A stretch of 57,465 nt of DNA, filler included, from Acidimicrobiia bacterium (GTDB taxonomy: Bacteria; Actinomycetota; Acidimicrobiia; Spongiisociales; JAHEDJ01), in assembly GCA_029210695.1 (NCBI GenBank). It is 3 parts of 3 records of this genome, joined end to end, with 100 filler letters (N's around TTAATTAATTAA, not from the genome) between each part and the next. Parts side by side here need not be neighbours in the genome. Positions count along the whole stretch, not along the records: positions 39,392 to 57,465 come from JARGFH010000064.1; 2 more parts are not named here. One strand, written 5' to 3'. A program made the position numbers and the translations under genes. The notes below the pieces were generated by a model. That model worked only from the letters and a program-made list of their open reading frames with translations, made no database searches and had not been told where the DNA came from. Below are positions 55,795 to 57,465 of this stretch, one piece after another; within the stretch, counting starts at the first letter, position 1, and each line of letters begins with the position of its first letter.

Positions 55795-56366
55795 TCGGCC
55801 GGCTACGCGGGACCATCGTGGGGCGCCGCAGCGAAGGCATGATCCTCGATGTCGGAGGGGTCGGGTATGAGATCGCAGTAACTCCACAGACGCTGAGTTC
55901 ATTGCCAGGGTTGAGCGAACCGGTCGTCCTCCATACGCACCTTCACGTACGCGAGGACGCGATGACCCTGTACGGATTCCTGGATGAACCGTCTCGCGAT
56001 ATGTTCCGGCTGCTGCTCGCCACATCGGGGATCGGGCCCAAGGTGGCGATGGCGATTCTCGGCAGCATGCGCCTCGAGGAACTCCATCGGGCGGTCGGCA
56101 ACGAAGACGTCGATGCACTGACGGTGGTTCCCGGCATCGGCAAACGAAGCGCCCAGCGCATCCTGCTCGAACTCAAGCCGCGACTCGTGGATGCCGACGT
56201 CGTCTCACTAGGTGGCGACTCTGGACCCGGACGCGTGCGTGAAGCCTTGGAAGGACTGGGCTACGGCGCGGCTGAGATCCGTGAAGTCATTCCGGACATC
56301 CCGGCAGACCTGCCGCTGCAAGAGCAACTCCGGATGGCGCTCAAAGCACTGGGGCGGCACAAATGA
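55791..56366 (+). CDS. ruvA: Holliday junction branch migration protein A
   Basis: [21 protein letters not shown] and PGIGKRSA motifs. Confidence 0.96.
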   Translation: MIGRLRGTIVGRRSEGMILDVGGVGYEIAVTPQTLSSLPGLSEPVVLHTHLHVREDAMTLYGFLDEPSRDMFRLLLATSGIGPKVAMAILGSMRLEELHRAVGNEDVDALTVVPGIGKRSAQRILLELKPRLVDADVVSLGGDSGPGRVREALEGLGYGAAEIREVIPDIPADLPLQEQLRMALKALGRHK

Positions 56367-57394
56367 GGGAAGAACGCATGCTCATGGCCGACCCTATCGG
56401 TGAAGAAGAAGTGGTGACAGAGCAGAGCCTCCGGCCTCGTCGCCTGATCGACTTCGTAGGCCAGGCGAAGCTCAAAGAGCGTCTCTCCATTTCCATTGAG
56501 GCCGCCTCACAACTCGAGAAACCACTAGATCATGTTTTGCTCTCCGGTCCACCAGGTCTGGGCAAGACGACACTGGCCACCATCCTCGCCAACGAACTCG
56601 GCACCCGTCTGCGTGTCACGTCTGGACCTGCCCTGGAACGTCCCGGCGACCTGGCCTCGATGTTGACCAACCTCGAGCACGGCGATGTGTTCTTCGTCGA
56701 TGAGATCCATCGGTTGCCGAGGATTGTCGAGGAAGTGCTCTATCCGGCCATGGAGGACTTCGAGCTGGACATCATTCTCGGCAAGGGGCCGTCGGCGCAG
56801 TCGATACGGCTCGATCTGCCCAGGTTCACCCTCGTCGGTGCCACGACCCGGAAAGGCAAGGTCACCGCGCCGTTGCGAGATCGGTTCGGAATTGTCGACA
56901 AGCTCGATTACTACGACGCTTCTGATCTGGAAGTCATCGTTCGCCGCTCAGCCGGGATTCTCGGCATCGAGATCACCGATGGTGGCGCAGAGATGATCTC
57001 CAGGCGAAGTCGCGGAACGCCCCGGATTGCCAACCGGTTGCTGGCGCGTGTGCGTGACTATGCGATCGCCCGCGCCGGTGGGGTCGTCGATGACCAGACG
57101 ACGGTTCGGGCGCTCGAGGTGTTCGAGGTCGACGAGTTGGGGCTGGACAAAGTCGATCTGGCGATAATTTCTGCCATCGTGACGAAGTTCGGGGGAGGGC
57201 CGGTCGGCCTGTCAACGCTGGCGATCGCCGTCGGCGAAGAACCGGAGACGGTTGAGGATGCCTATGAACCGTTCCTGCTTCAGATCGGCATACTGCAGCG
57301 GACCCCGCGCGGCAGGGTGGCAACGTCCTCCGCATACACCCATCTAGGCCTGGAACCACCGGTGTCGGCACAGCGCGTTCTACCGGGAACCTAA
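56363..57394 (+). CDS. ruvB: Holliday junction branch migration helicase B
   Basis: [24 protein letters not shown] and RGTPRIANR motifs. Confidence 0.97.
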   Translation: MREERMLMADPIGEEEVVTEQSLRPRRLIDFVGQAKLKERLSISIEAASQLEKPLDHVLLSGPPGLGKTTLATILANELGTRLRVTSGPALERPGDLASMLTNLEHGDVFFVDEIHRLPRIVEEVLYPAMEDFELDIILGKGPSAQSIRLDLPRFTLVGATTRKGKVTAPLRDRFGIVDKLDYYDASDLEVIVRRSAGILGIEITDGGAEMISRRSRGTPRIANRLLARVRDYAIARAGGVVDDQTTVRALEVFEVDELGLDKVDLAIISAIVTKFGGGPVGLSTLAIAVGEEPETVEDAYEPFLLQIGILQRTPRGRVATSSAYTHLGLEPPVSAQRVLPGT

Positions 57395-57465
57395 TGGGGG
57401 TCTACGGGGCTTCTGCGGTTGTGGGAGTCTTGTGGCTGAGCCTGCTGGCCGGTGAGCACTGCCGG

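Overview
High-GC actinobacterial DNA; mshD, the PIM genes, PAC2 and the thrS-pgsA-patA-pimA-pdxST-yebC-ruvCAB order are actinobacterial, and an Acidimicrobiia-like genome bin is my inference. The window is three contigs joined by artificial 100-nt linkers (N44-TTAATTAATTAA-N44, at 21071-21170 and 39292-39391), so adjacency across the linkers is not biological. Contig 1 (1-21070) is housekeeping: holA, a TmpR-like SDR coupled to an atypical folP, comEA/comEC, a PPK2, lgt, leuS, a serpin lipoprotein and lon. Contig 3 (39392-57465) is also housekeeping and carries a candidate structured sRNA and a LexA box at ruvC. Contig 2 (21171-39291) is an integrative conjugative element with a Gram-positive-type conjugation operon (VirD4, SLT-M23 hydrolase, VirB6-like, VirB4, TcpE, pilin-like, TcpC, sigma-like regulator). 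Its cargo looks like a defence island: a coupled three-gene operon (SIR2 NADase-like effector, small middle component, Rad50/SbcC-like zinc-hook ATPase; ABC-three-component/Lamassu-like) and a tandem HARE-HTH Mrr-type nuclease. It also holds a truncated integrase, a 111-bp IS630-derived MITE and a tRNA-Val 3' fragment marking the att site. The SIR2-MC-SMC operon, with a 3x23-bp repeat in its divergent promoter region, is the best candidate for a novel system. All calls are from motif recognition only; no database searches were run.
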